From assembly GCF_001194135.2 (NCBI RefSeq), contig NC_068997.1, positions 342,897-396,077 on the forward strand: a stretch of DNA of 53,181 nt. Reading direction: 5' to 3'. The notes under the pieces were generated by a model. That model did no database searches. It was not told the DNA's origin and saw only the letters and a list, made by a program, of their open reading frames with translations. Shown in pieces: positions 22,940-34,700 of this stretch (the first letter of the stretch is position 1; each line of letters starts with the position of its first letter). This DNA comes from Octopus bimaculoides. Taxonomy: Eukaryota. Position numbers and translations under genes: made by a program.

Positions 22940-23420
22940 ACCAGGCAAGGAAGGCAGTTTAGCTCTGTCTTGCAGCAATAATGAAAGAAGCTATGTGGTG
23001 GAGGAGGCTGAAAGGTACAAGGTCAAAGACTTCCTTCCGAAGTAAAGGCCTTGACTTTTACAAATTTTAGTTGAAAGGGAAGGTGAGGGTAGAGAGGGAA
23101 GTACTTTCCTTGAGTGAATTGACTGAAAAGTGTTTGAAAGCGGTAAAAATGGTGAGAGTGGATGGCACCTTTCTAAGTATGAGTCTGTAGGTTAGGGAAC
23201 AACAGCTGGAGAGGGTGTTTACTCATGGATGGTAGGGATTCCTTGGAAGGTCATCTTGTAGCAAGAGGATTGCATCTTCATCATCTTTTTTTTAATGTGT
23301 GTATGTATATGCCATGTATAGTTATATTTCATACATTTTTAGTACTCATTTGATTCAATGTAAATCTACATACTTTGTATCTATTTTGTATCACTTTTGC
23401 TTGGGTTGCAAATAAAAGAA
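22940..23420 (+). mobile_element. 3' end of a Tx1/L1-clade LINE (another copy ~23530-23890)
   Basis: AAIMKEAMWWRRLKG...DFYKF.LKGKVRVEREVL...VRVDGTFL; AATAAA at 23411. Confidence 0.65.
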
Positions 23421-23465
23421 AGCATCAATCTTCTTCTTCTCAATATTATTATCATTACTACTATT

Positions 23466-23498
<33 letters not shown>

Positions 23499-24637
23499 GT
23501 CTGGTAGTTATAATTTTAGACAATACTAAAAGGTTTGAAGGCATACACCTTACTCTTTGGTCAAGCCCTCATTCAATTTTTCAGTTCCACTTGGGAAGGA
23601 AAGTACTCTCTCCAGTAAACAGCTGGGCAAGGGTTTGTACCCCTGGTGGTTAGGGTGATCCTGAACCTTTAGGGTTCCTTGGTTGACCTTAGTTGAATGT
23701 TCTCCTGTATCAAGAGGATTCCATCTTCCACGTATTTACATCTTTTGTAAGCCATGTATACTTTTTATCCCATCCCTTCCCACTCCTTTTTACTCCCATC
23801 ACCATTTTCAAGTAAGTCCTCACTCAAACTGAAAACTGTTTTTGTAATATCCCTTACATCAGATGCACCTTGTGGCAGATAAAAGAAAATAATAATAAAG
23901 TTAATTTAATTAGCAGGAATGTTATTTTGAAGTTTGGTGACAAATCTCCTCAAGTCTTAGGATTCTTGCAGAATATAGGACGGTACTTTCCTGCAGGTTG
24001 ACAATGCAAATTCCAATTCCAATCTCTTTCAGTGTTTTAGATAGCATTTTGGGTGTTGTGCTAAGTGCATCTATTACTACTCAATTTTCTTCAATTCTTT
24101 TGGTATTGACTTTTCTATAATAGCAAATTGCAAAATGTATCATCTTACACTTTATTTTGTCCTCTCCAATTGGATGTGACGAACTTGCTTTAATAGGGTC
24201 ATCAGTTTTTTTTTATGAAAAGTCTTACAAGATCCTGTAATTCTCATTTTCTGTCATAGCCTCTGATTTGTGTTTGTATCACTTTTCTGTTATTTTGAAA
24301 CCACGCACTTGGATAACATCCCAACACACTTTTTTGCTTACACAATCATGCCTGCACTTATACTTATTATTATTCCCAAAATTGCTGGCTTTGTGCCTAT
24401 ATTTGAAACCATTATTATTATTATGCTGATGATGGTCGTGTTGATGAAGCTAGGAATCATTTAACTAACCCTGACCCTGACCCTGACCTCACCTGACAGA
24501 AGTTATCTTCTTTCTCTTCCATTACATCATTGTTGACATTTGTTTTTAGTGTTGTTGTCGTTGTCCTCTTGTTTTGTGATGACTTAAGCTTTATGTATGA
24601 ACATAGGTGTTTGTGTGTGTGTTTGTGTATGCATATA

Positions 24638-24854
24638 CAAGGGAGTGCTGAAAAGTTTCTGGCTTTAAGGGGATCATGAAAGGTCTGGTTGGAGGCCCAA
24701 CCCTCAGAGGTCTTTTACAGAACTTAGAGAAAATGAAGGACTGCTGCAATTAGTGTGTCAATCTGAGAGATGAATGTCTTGAATAAAATCATAATTAACT
24801 GATCCTCCTCTATTTTCTTTTACCCAAAGCCAGCAACTTTTCAGCACCCTCTTG
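24638..24854 (+). mobile_element. Mariner-derived MITE
   Basis: TIRs caagggagtgctgaaaagtttctggcttt / aaagccagcaacttttcagcaccctcttg, with TA on the left and CA on the right. Confidence 0.85.
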
Positions 24855-24885
24855 CACACACACACACACACAATATGTGTGTGTG

Positions 24886-24923
<38 letters not shown>

Positions 24924-25163
24924 CAATAAGCTATTGCTCACTTAATTACATCATTAAAATTGTCCAGTTTCTTCATTTAGTTAATAATAGTTAAAACAGG
25001 CTTCACTGAATGAAAAGGAACAATATCATAAAATTTACAGTTTTCAAGGATATTTTAGGCAACATACATGGTTTCAAAAGGTTTTATTTTTGTGAGTAAA
25101 TGGAAGTTTAGTTGAGGGTTAAAGGTAGCGAAGTTCAGAGAATGTGAAGGAGTAGGTGTAGAT

Positions 25164-25645
25164 CAGTGGTTCTCAACTTGGGTCCATATGACCCCGTAGG
25201 GGTTCATATGGGTCTCAGGACTCATATAAGATTTTGTCATTAAAATTTATGTGCAGTAAATTGATTAATAAACAAAATATTTTAACAATTTTTTAAAACA
25301 ATTCCTAATAAGATTTAAACTTTCCGTTACCATATTCATTTTGAAATACATAGCCTTCGTTTCAATTAATTTTTAAAATAATGAAGAACTTTAGTAAAAT
25401 AACTTTGTCCTGGTTTTCAGAACACAAATTAACATAAAATTTTAATGAAAGGTTTTAATTTAGATCACTTAAAACACAAAGTAGGTCTAGTAGAACCAGA
25501 AGTAGTTTGAGATGGGTTGGTATCAAAAGGGTTATTCATAAAAATACAATAGGATGTTTTTAAACACCAAATGGCTATAGGAGTCCACCCAAGTGAAATA
25601 GGAATCAAAGGGGTGCATAGGGGAAAAAATGGTTGAGAACCACTG
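25164..25645. mobile_element. hAT (Charlie-like) MITE containing a nested piggyBac-like MITE (~25317-25535)
   Basis: Perfect 14-bp TIR cagtggttctcaac / gttgagaaccactg; 8-bp flanks gtgtagat / gtttagag (6/8 identical, NTNTAGAN). The inner element ends ggtatcaaaagggtta. Confidence 0.85.
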
Positions 25646-28600
25646 GTTTAGAGGAAAATGACTACAGACAGACAGGCAGGCAGGCAGGCAGGCAGGCAAG
25701 CAGGCAGACAGCTTCATTAGTACACAGTAGACATAAATATTTCCATCAAGATGGAAACTGTCTCATTCATTGGAGACATTTTGGCGCCAATATCAAAGAT
25801 AATTTAGCAAAGAAATTTTTTAAGAAAAAGAATAAAAAAAAAAGATTATGGATAAATGACACAACACGAGCTTCTACATAGTCAGCCAGCCTGCTAGAAA
25901 TAGCAGCTAAATCTCTCGAATCATACATTAAACAAAACACATTGGATAATGTCTAAGATATACTATGTCTGGCAAAATTTCGATATAGAAACATCACCCT
26001 ATGTCTGAATGATTAGAGAGGATGGTCACAGCTGATCTGTGACTCAACAACAACAACATCACAGTGATGAGCTGAGAAAGAATCTATGTGGTCACTCAAC
26101 TCGCTAGAAATACCAGCCAGATCTCCCTCAAATTACACCCATCTCTAAAGAAGAGGATATGTTAGATGTGATCTTAGGGTTTCCTGAATTAAGGAAAATG
26201 GGATGGTCACAATTGGAATGCCATTTGTCATAGGAATCTGCTCGATCATAGCTGACTCTTAGCTAAAAAACAACATCAACATCATCAATACTATTACCAC
26301 TAACACAGAGAGAGCCTCTATGTGGTTGCTTAAGCTGGTAGAAACAGCAGCAAAGTCTACCTCAAATTGCATGCTAGTCTTAAAAGTTGGAAATAAACAT
26401 TGGATACTGTTGTCCGAAATACAATATAACAAAAAGAATGATAACTACAGGATGGTCATAACTGATGGTCGAGACTGGAATGTCTTTGACCTTAACAACA
26501 ACAACAACAACAACAAATATGTCAGAGAAAAAAATGAAGAAAAGAAAATATATAAAATAAAAATAGCTGATTTACAGGTACAGGCATGGCTGTGTGGTTA
26601 AGGAGCTCACTCTGTAACTCCATGGCTTTGTGTTCAGTCTCACTGCATGGTACTTTAAAAGCATAAATACTGTGGGGTAGGGTGATTCTGTCTGACAAAA
26701 CCCTCCAAGGCAGTGCCCCAGTACAACTGCAGCCCAGTGACTGTAACAAATACAACATAAAAAATAAAAGATATTTCCTTGTTTCATTTTCTTTTTCTTT
26801 TAACAAGACTCCATTGCAATACAAAGGACAAAGTCCATTAGCCCTTTACCAGGAGCTTTAAGGCTAGTGGGAAGAAGGAAGGAAATTATTTTCATCTGGC
26901 AGACCTGACCCCTATATATTTGTAATGGAGAGGACTCCCCTAAAGGCAGCCAGATCTACCAACTAAAATCAGGAATAGCCCTTCTGATAGTGTTCCACAC
27001 AGTTTCTGTCTCCAAATGTTATTCACAATTCTTCAGTTGATTCAAAGCTATGATAGAAGACACTTACCCAAGGGTTCCACACTGTGGGATTGAACCTGAA
27101 GACATATAGTTTCAGAAGAGAACTTCTTAACCACACAGCCAAATAGATAGCTGCCATATTAGATCCTTCAAAAATCGCTCCCTATCTTTTAATTAAACTG
27201 GGTTGTGTATGTACACACACACACACATATGGCATTAAACAGTAAGAAATTCTAGAGAGAGAGAGACAAACAGCAGAATATCTCTGAAGAAGCCCACCCA
27301 ACTCATGCAAGTTTTGGCCCTTAACTTGAAGGGGACTGGGCTACATCCAGGTTATGACTATTGGATACCCCTCTACTGCCACATTCTGTGCTACAGTCTA
27401 CATTGCAACCCTCCTATGCTATACAGTACGATATGATATGATATTTTCACATCACATATAAAGCTATGAGACAAGACCATAACAATTGTGTGATGTTGCT
27501 ATGTGTACGGGTTGTTCCTAGCAAGCCAACAGGGAAGGGGAGTTGGTTAAGGACATTTTTTTAAAACAAAGCTAAGTGAGATAAGAGTATGTTGTTAAGG
27601 GGTGGGAGAGGGTGAGACAGGAGAAGAGTTACTGGTTGCACATACCCAACACAAGAGTAGGGGAGACTTCGTGTCTTCTTGTCTCTTGTTAGTTCTCTGT
27701 TGTCTTCTTGAAAGTGCTTGAAACTTCATTGGTTCAGTCTACCTGGCAGTATATAGGTGTTGTGGTAAGGTAGACCAAAAGACACTAGGAGTAGGTGGGG
27801 TGGAGTACAAATAAATTTTCAAAATTAAAAGGAGGAAGAATGAAAGCTGTAACTACCTTTATACACAAGGTTAATCTTGATATTAAGGAGTGTGGCTCAT
27901 AATCTTATAATTGTGAGTTGATTCTTAGGAACACATTGTGTCCTTGAGCAAGACACTTTATTTCACATTGCCCTCAGTCCACTCAACTGGCAAAAATGAG
28001 TTGTACTTGTAATTCAAAGGCCCCGTCTTGTCACATTCTACATCACACTAAATCTATGTTAAGGGTACGTGTATTTGTGGAGCGCTCAACCACTTGCACA
28101 TTAATTTCAGAGCAGGCTGTTCTATTGTCATAACTGTTTCATTGTTGTAACTGACAGAGTACCAGTAATAAACTTGGTATTTAACCTTTAATTTTTGTAG
28201 TGGTAAGTGAACCTATCACATGTAGCAGTCATATTCCATGAGACCATTAACTGTGAAAATATAGCACACAACAGATATGGACTTAAGTAATAGCTAGTGA
28301 CCTTACTGCATGTGGCAGCCATATTTCTATAGAGGCATGAAATGTGAAATAATAACATATGTCGTAGGAACAGATGTCAGTTGTCAATGAATCAACAACA
28401 GGTAGCAACATGTAGCAGCTAACTGTTCTGAAAATAAGCACTGTCATATTATGCAGTAAAGGAACTTTCTTAGTAGTCTCGTGACTTCTTAAATGTTGCA
28501 GTCAAATCTCCCCTAACAGAATCTCTACTGGGGACCTTAGGTTGTCAATGCTAAATCATAGAAAAGAGTCCTTACTATAATTAAGATTAGTGCTTCTAGT

Positions 28601-28928
28601 TAGAGAAGCTTGTTAATGATTTGTAATAATTATGCATCATAGAATATCAACATTTATGCAGTAATATTGCTAAAGATGTATAAATGGGTGGAGGGTGAAT
28701 GTAATGTAGATAGATAGGCACATATATGGGTAGAGAGAGGGGGAGGGACACAGACAGATAGGAACTTGGATAGATAGAGGATAGACAGACAGATAGATAT
28801 ATATATATATAGACAAATGGTCAGATCAACAAATGGATGGGTGGATGGACAGACAGATGGACAGAAAGATAGAGAGTTACATAGAGAGAAAACAAAGGCT
28901 GACCAATTAACTAATTGGCTAGATAAAT

Positions 28929-28971
<43 letters not shown>

Positions 28972-29515
28972 TAGATAGATAGATAGATAAATGAATAACA
29001 TGTATAGAGCATCGCATTTGCTTGCATCCAGAAAACACTAAATAGAAGGGCTGCCACAAAGAAACACGAGATTAAGAATTCAATGTGCATCAAAGAACAT
29101 TAACTGATTGGATTTCAGTCATAAGGCAAAAACATTTAAAAATGAAAGCAAAGCATCCGGATCATAATCATGATCACCATCATTCTAATTATTGTTGCGA
29201 CCCTTATTGTCAGCATCAACACAATCACAATCAACATCATTATCACCAGGGAAATGTAATCAAGGTACAACAGGTGCTTTGAAATATTCTGCGATTAGAG
29301 GATTAAAAAATGCACATAGAATTGAAACTGGAATACATAAACAGGGGCCAAAATTTGGATACAAAAACTTACAACAGGGTTATTGTTGTTGTTGCTGTAA
29401 GCCTGAAAATTATTTTAATGTGTTTTGTTTTTTTTGTGTGTGGGTGGAGAGAACTGTGACACTGATTGGAGAAACTACTTTTAATTAATATCACAACCTA
29501 AAGACATTCTAATAT

Positions 29516-29558
<43 letters not shown>

Positions 29559-30485
29559 CAGTATTTCATATATCCAAAAAAGAGGCAAACTCTAGAGCAT
29601 TAGAGCAGTGTAATATATNNNNNNNNNNNNNNNNNNNNNNNNNNNNNNNNNNNNNNNNNNNNNNNNNNNNNNNNNNNNNNNNNNNNNNNNNNNNNNNNNN
29701 NNNNNNNNNNNNNNNNNNNNNNNNNNNNNNNNNNNNNNNNNNNNNNNNNNNNNNNNNNNNNNNNNNNNNNNNNNNNNNNNNNNNNNNNNNNNNNNNNNNN
29801 NNNNNNNNNNNNNNNNNNNNNNNNNNNNNNNNNNNNNNNNNNNNNNNNNNNNNNNNNNNNNNNNNNNNNNNNNNNNNNNNNNNNNNNNNNNNNNNNNNNN
29901 NNNNNNNNNNNNNNNNNNNNNNNNNNNNNNNNNNNNNNNNNNNNNNNNNNNNNNNNNNNNNNNNNNNNNNNNNNNNNNNNNNNNNNNNNNNNNNNNNNNN
30001 NNNNNNNNNNNNNNNNNNNNNNNNNNNNNNNNNNNNNNNNNNNNNNNNNNNNNNNNNNNNNTGTGTGTGTGTGTGTGTGTGTGTGTATGCTTTGAGCAAA
30101 ATTCAGCTGCCATATCAAGAAGAAAATTTAGTTGAAAAATTAATTTGAAAATGTGTGAAATATTGCTTGACGAAACAAACTTTTCTCTTAGGAGGTAGAT
30201 TATTACAAGAAAATATATTTGTTTGTATTAAATAATCTATAAAGAGTGACAAAAGAGAGAGAGAGAAAAAGGGCAGTGGTGTATAGTTAATAGAAGAACC
30301 AAGGTTTGGTGCCAACTATAATTAGGTTACTAGTGTCCAGGAGTCAATGAAATGAGGTGTGTTGACATATTGGGATCACTAGAGCATCGGAGAAGTGGCT
30401 GGAGGAAACAGGATGTGTTCACCACTTACCATAGAATAAGACACAAAGATTGCTTTGTAAAATAAATGTCACATGTTGAAAGCCA

Positions 30486-30524
<39 letters not shown>

Positions 30525-30534
30525 NNNNNNNNNN

Positions 30535-30810
30535 CCCTTTCATGGCGTCTGATGTGGCTTTTTAAACCAGACAGTGTTTTGAAAAAAACACCCACACAGA
30601 TTGCACCTCTGATTTGCACTACCAATACCTGCAAGTAAGTTCTGCTCATTGTGGATCCTAACATGTCTTTTAAGACCCCCATTGGATTTGCAAACCCTCT
30701 GGCACACACCACATTCAAACGTGTGCACAGACATATAATCATAATAGCTGGATGAGGTTTGTTTTCCATGGGTTCGCAGGTGAGATTTGAGGCCAGCCAA
30801 ATACATAAAC
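30535..30810 (-). pseudogene. Frameshifted fragment with three C2H2 zinc-finger motifs (LINE C-terminal or ZNF-gene remnant)
   Basis: ..MYLAGLKSHLRTH, FECGVCQRVCKSNGGLKRHVRIH and CNLCGCF(F)/KTLSGLKSHIRRHE, with a frameshift in a T-run; the first finger lacks its CxxC. Confidence 0.6.
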
Positions 30811-30818
30811 ATACATAA

Positions 30819-30897
30819 ACCTCTATGAGTTTTAATTGATTCTTTTTCAGAAATTAGAACTGGACAGTAAGGTTGGTCTCTTTGAGAGCTTATATTA
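30819..30897 (+). repeat. 79-bp exact direct repeat, copy 1 (copy 2 at 32500-32578)
   Basis: acctctatgagttttaattgattctttttcagaaattagaactggacagtaaggttggtctctttgagagcttatatta is identical at both sites. Confidence 0.95.
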
Positions 30898-30902
30898 CAC
30901 AC

Positions 30903-30938
<36 letters not shown>

Positions 30939-31059
30939 TGTGTTTATATAAGTATGGCTTTTGATATTAACAAGAGGTCCCCTAGAGAGCTATCTCTTAC
31001 CTGTTTCACAGTTCAGTTGAAATGTTGAAACTTTTTACAGGGCCTCTTGCTGCTGTTGC

Positions 31060-31101
<42 letters not shown>

Positions 31102-31581
31102 TATTATCATTATTAATAAATAGTAATAATAATAATAATAACAACAACAATAAAATATACACTCTACATAATTGTGTATTGAGTCCTTATTTGAACTATG
31201 ATCGATCCTCCCATCTTCCCAGATCTATACTCGGCATTTGTATAAATATATATGTGAGTGTGTGTGGGTGTGTGCACAAAATAAAACATAAAAATATCAG
31301 CACTGAATGGGAACCACATGACAGAAAAAGAGCTGCACTTTGGAAGACAGGGTCAGAGGGAGGGGGGAGAAGAAGGTCGATAATAAAACTTGAAGTAATA
31401 AACACATATAAAATTTTTAAATTTCTCAAAAAAAATTTTTTTAAAGAAAGAAAAATTGATAAACATATAAAAAAATATAATCTATTCTTTTCCTTGTTTA
31501 AATTGACAAGATGTCATAATTATCATCATCATTGTCGTATACATTACAAATGTTGTCATCATCCTCATCATCAACAACACA

Positions 31582-31785
31582 TCACTTATATTTGTTCATG
31601 AATTTCTCATGGAATTCTTGGAAGCCACACATCATCTTCTTCAGTTCATTCAGTTGAGGTAATATTGTTGAACGGAAGTGGTATGTTCCCTCTTGTTGAC
31701 CAAATCCACTTCCTGGCACAACACAAATTCCTGTTGCTTCTAACAGTTCGGAACAGTAGATGAAATCTGGGCTTTTACCCACAGA
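31582..31785 (-). CDS. GPT: ALT terminal exon: [67 protein letters not shown]
   Basis: cctacag|TCT ... AAG TGA; 204 nt. Confidence 0.96.
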   Translation of the reverse strand, partial: SVGKSPDFIYCSELLEATGICVVPGSGFGQQEGTYHFRSTILPQLNELKKMMCGFQEFHEKFMNKYK

Positions 31786-34700
31786 CTGTAGGTAATATAT
31801 ATATAAAAAAAAAAGAGACAATATTAACTGTTGAAACAGGCAACAAAGACTTCTTAGGCAGATGGAAGAACACAAAAAGTAAAGAAAAGGAGAACAAGAT
31901 TGTATGGCCTTCATGACTTGCTAAAATATACATTAACTTGTTGTTTAGCCTCTATGTTAGCCCAGATCAAATGGGTCTATATCCAAAACCATTCAAGCCA
32001 TAAATATACTATCTTTTTATAAGTATGTAGGAAAGTGTTAATTATCTCAAAGCATTTATGCTGCTGCCACATAAAAAAAAACCCACTTCTGCAGGCACTG
32101 CATGGAAAGCACTTGTGTTGGAGCCATGTAAAAAGCACTTATGCTAAGCGCCATCTAAAAAGCACCAGTGCTGGTCTCATATAAGAGGCACTCAAGCAAG
32201 CACCATTTAAAAGCATCCATGGTGGTGCCACATAAAAAGCACCCAGTGCCACTCTGTAAAGTGGTTGGCACTAGGAAGGGTATCTAGCCGTAGAAACCAT
32301 GTCAAAACAGACAAATAGTGCCCTGGCTGGCCTTCTCCAGTCAAACCATCCAACTCATGCCAGCATGGAAAACAGATGTTAAATGAGGATGATGATGATG
32401 ATGATGTTCATTTTAAAACGGTGTGGTGTTAGTTGAGAGGGATTTGGCTGTTATTTTCAGTAGGTTGAGCAACATATGAAGAGGCTTTGATATAAAGTGA
32501 CCTCTATGAGTTTTAATTGATTCTTTTTCAGAAATTAGAACTGGACAGTAAGGTTGGTCTCTTTGAGAGCTTATATTAAGTAGATTTGTGTCTCAAAGAA
32601 TTATACTTCAAAATATTTATGTCTAAATACTTATTATGACTCAGAAAGCACATCTAAATATTTTTGATACCAACCTACCGGAGACCACCCCTGGTCCTAT
32701 GATGCAAACTTACCATTTCAAAATTATCTAAATTAAAACTTTCATTAAAAATTTCATGTTAATTCAGTTCTAACCACTAGTTTAATGATCTGTTATATTT
32801 TACTTGTTTCAGACATTAGACTGCAGTCATGCTGGTGCACTGCCTTGAAGAATTTTTAGTTGAATGAATTGACCCCTATACGTTTTGTTTTTTTTTAAGC
32901 CTGTTACTTATCCTAATGATCTTGAAGGTTTGTGACAGATCTAAGTCCCAGATATTATTATTGGTATTCATCATCATCATTGTTTTAACAGCCACTTTTC
33001 CATGCTTGAATGGGAAAGATGGAATTTGTTGAGGCAAATTTTCTACACCTGGATGCCCTTCTTGACTCCAACCATCATTTATTTCAAAGCAAGGTAATAT
33101 TTTCCCATGGTCAAACTTATTTTCACGTAAGACTGAGAACAAATGACATTGCTTGTATGACTGTGACACTTGTTTTTGACAACTATTGCATAATGTCAAA
33201 ACAAGGAGACACAAACACACACACAAATATATATGATGGGCTATTTTTAATCTCCATCTACTGAATTCACTCACAAGCTTTTGGTCATGCTACAGAAGAA
33301 GAAACTTGCTCAAGATGCCACTAAGTGGGACAGAACCTGAAATCACATGATCAAGAAGTGACCTTTTTAACCGCACAGCCATGCCTGCACCTATGTTATC
33401 ATATTACAAAGGCTGGGATCTTTAGATTCATGAGTATCATATTCATTGAACTAGTTTTGTTAATTACAGTTTGGCTTCCTAAGGTAAGAATATAATATTT
33501 TTTATTTGTCTCTTATGTTGCTAATGAGAGATACTAACAGTTTCAAACAAACAACATCTAACTGCATACAGTTAAATCTCATTATCTATAACCTGTTAGA
33601 TGTTGTGAATGAAATAATCAATTATTAGTGAACTTACCTTTGCAGTTTCAATGGCTTTAGGTGGCAAAAAGATGCAAGGAAATGCATACATTGCCCCCTG
33701 GAGGGTGTTACATTTCATTCCTTCAATTGAGTTGAATGTATTTGTTGTCAAAAGGGCTTTCTCTTTCAGTTGACTCAAAACGTTTTCTTTCTCCTGTAAA
33801 ATATTAACCAAAATGGAACAATATTTTTGGTAAAAACTTCCAAATCCATCACCTTCTAAACTTGTCATGAGAGAATTAATCTTTGGGGATAGACTTAATC
33901 GGCAGAAATATGGTAACAAAAAGGTAAAGGTGATCTAAAACATCAAAGTTTTATGATAATTTATGTTTCTAATACCACCTTAACAATGACAAAGACATTT
34001 TTCTAAATTCCTCATTATTTTCAGAATTAATTGAAACAAAAGCGGAGTATTTCAACAGAAATATGGAAACAACAGGGTTAATAGTGACAATGTTATTTTA
34101 CTGAATTCTTCATTATTTTCAAAAGAAATTGAAATAAAGGCAGTGTATTTTAACAGAACAAGGGTCACAAAATGGTTAAAAGAAAAAGGGAGGGCTAAGA
34201 AGGTAAAATTACCTGCATAAAATGTGTGTATGATGGCTCACTTGGTTTTGGTGGATTGACAATCACATCCATAAGGGCCTTTAAGAAAAACATAAAACAA
34301 AAAGATCAATGAGAAATCCAGTGATAGGTTATGTGATATCTTATAGACATCACACAGAATATCAAACATACACTGACTGTAACACTCCAGCACAGTGTCT
34401 GTCTGAGTTCATTGCTTTCAACGTTCCACTTGCTAACTGTCATTGTCTGAGGGTCAGGACAAGTGGAGTAAAGTAACTTAATCATTATTCTCTTTGTTGC
34501 TGTTGTTTGGGAGCTGTTGATTGTTTTGGTGCAAATCTGGTGATATGGCAGTATTCAGTTGAACAAAATGTCCATAGATCATAAACAAAAACATAACTGT
34601 GTGGTTAAGTTTACCACCCAGCCACATGGTTTCAGGTTCAGTCCCACAGCATGACACTTTGGGTAAGTGTTTTCTACTATAGCTTCAGGTTGACCAAAGC

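Noticed and set aside
24462-24495. Telomere-like TAACCC/TGACCC units (also TTAGGG x2 near 48835)
   Set aside because: Only 2-4 degenerate units; compatible with chance or simple slippage.
31495-31584. Possible stop-codon read-through giving an acidic tail (CVVDDEDDDNICNVYDNDDDNYDILSI)
   Set aside because: The context TGA-TGT is not a known read-through motif; the acidic run is a (GAT)n-like 3'UTR microsatellite.
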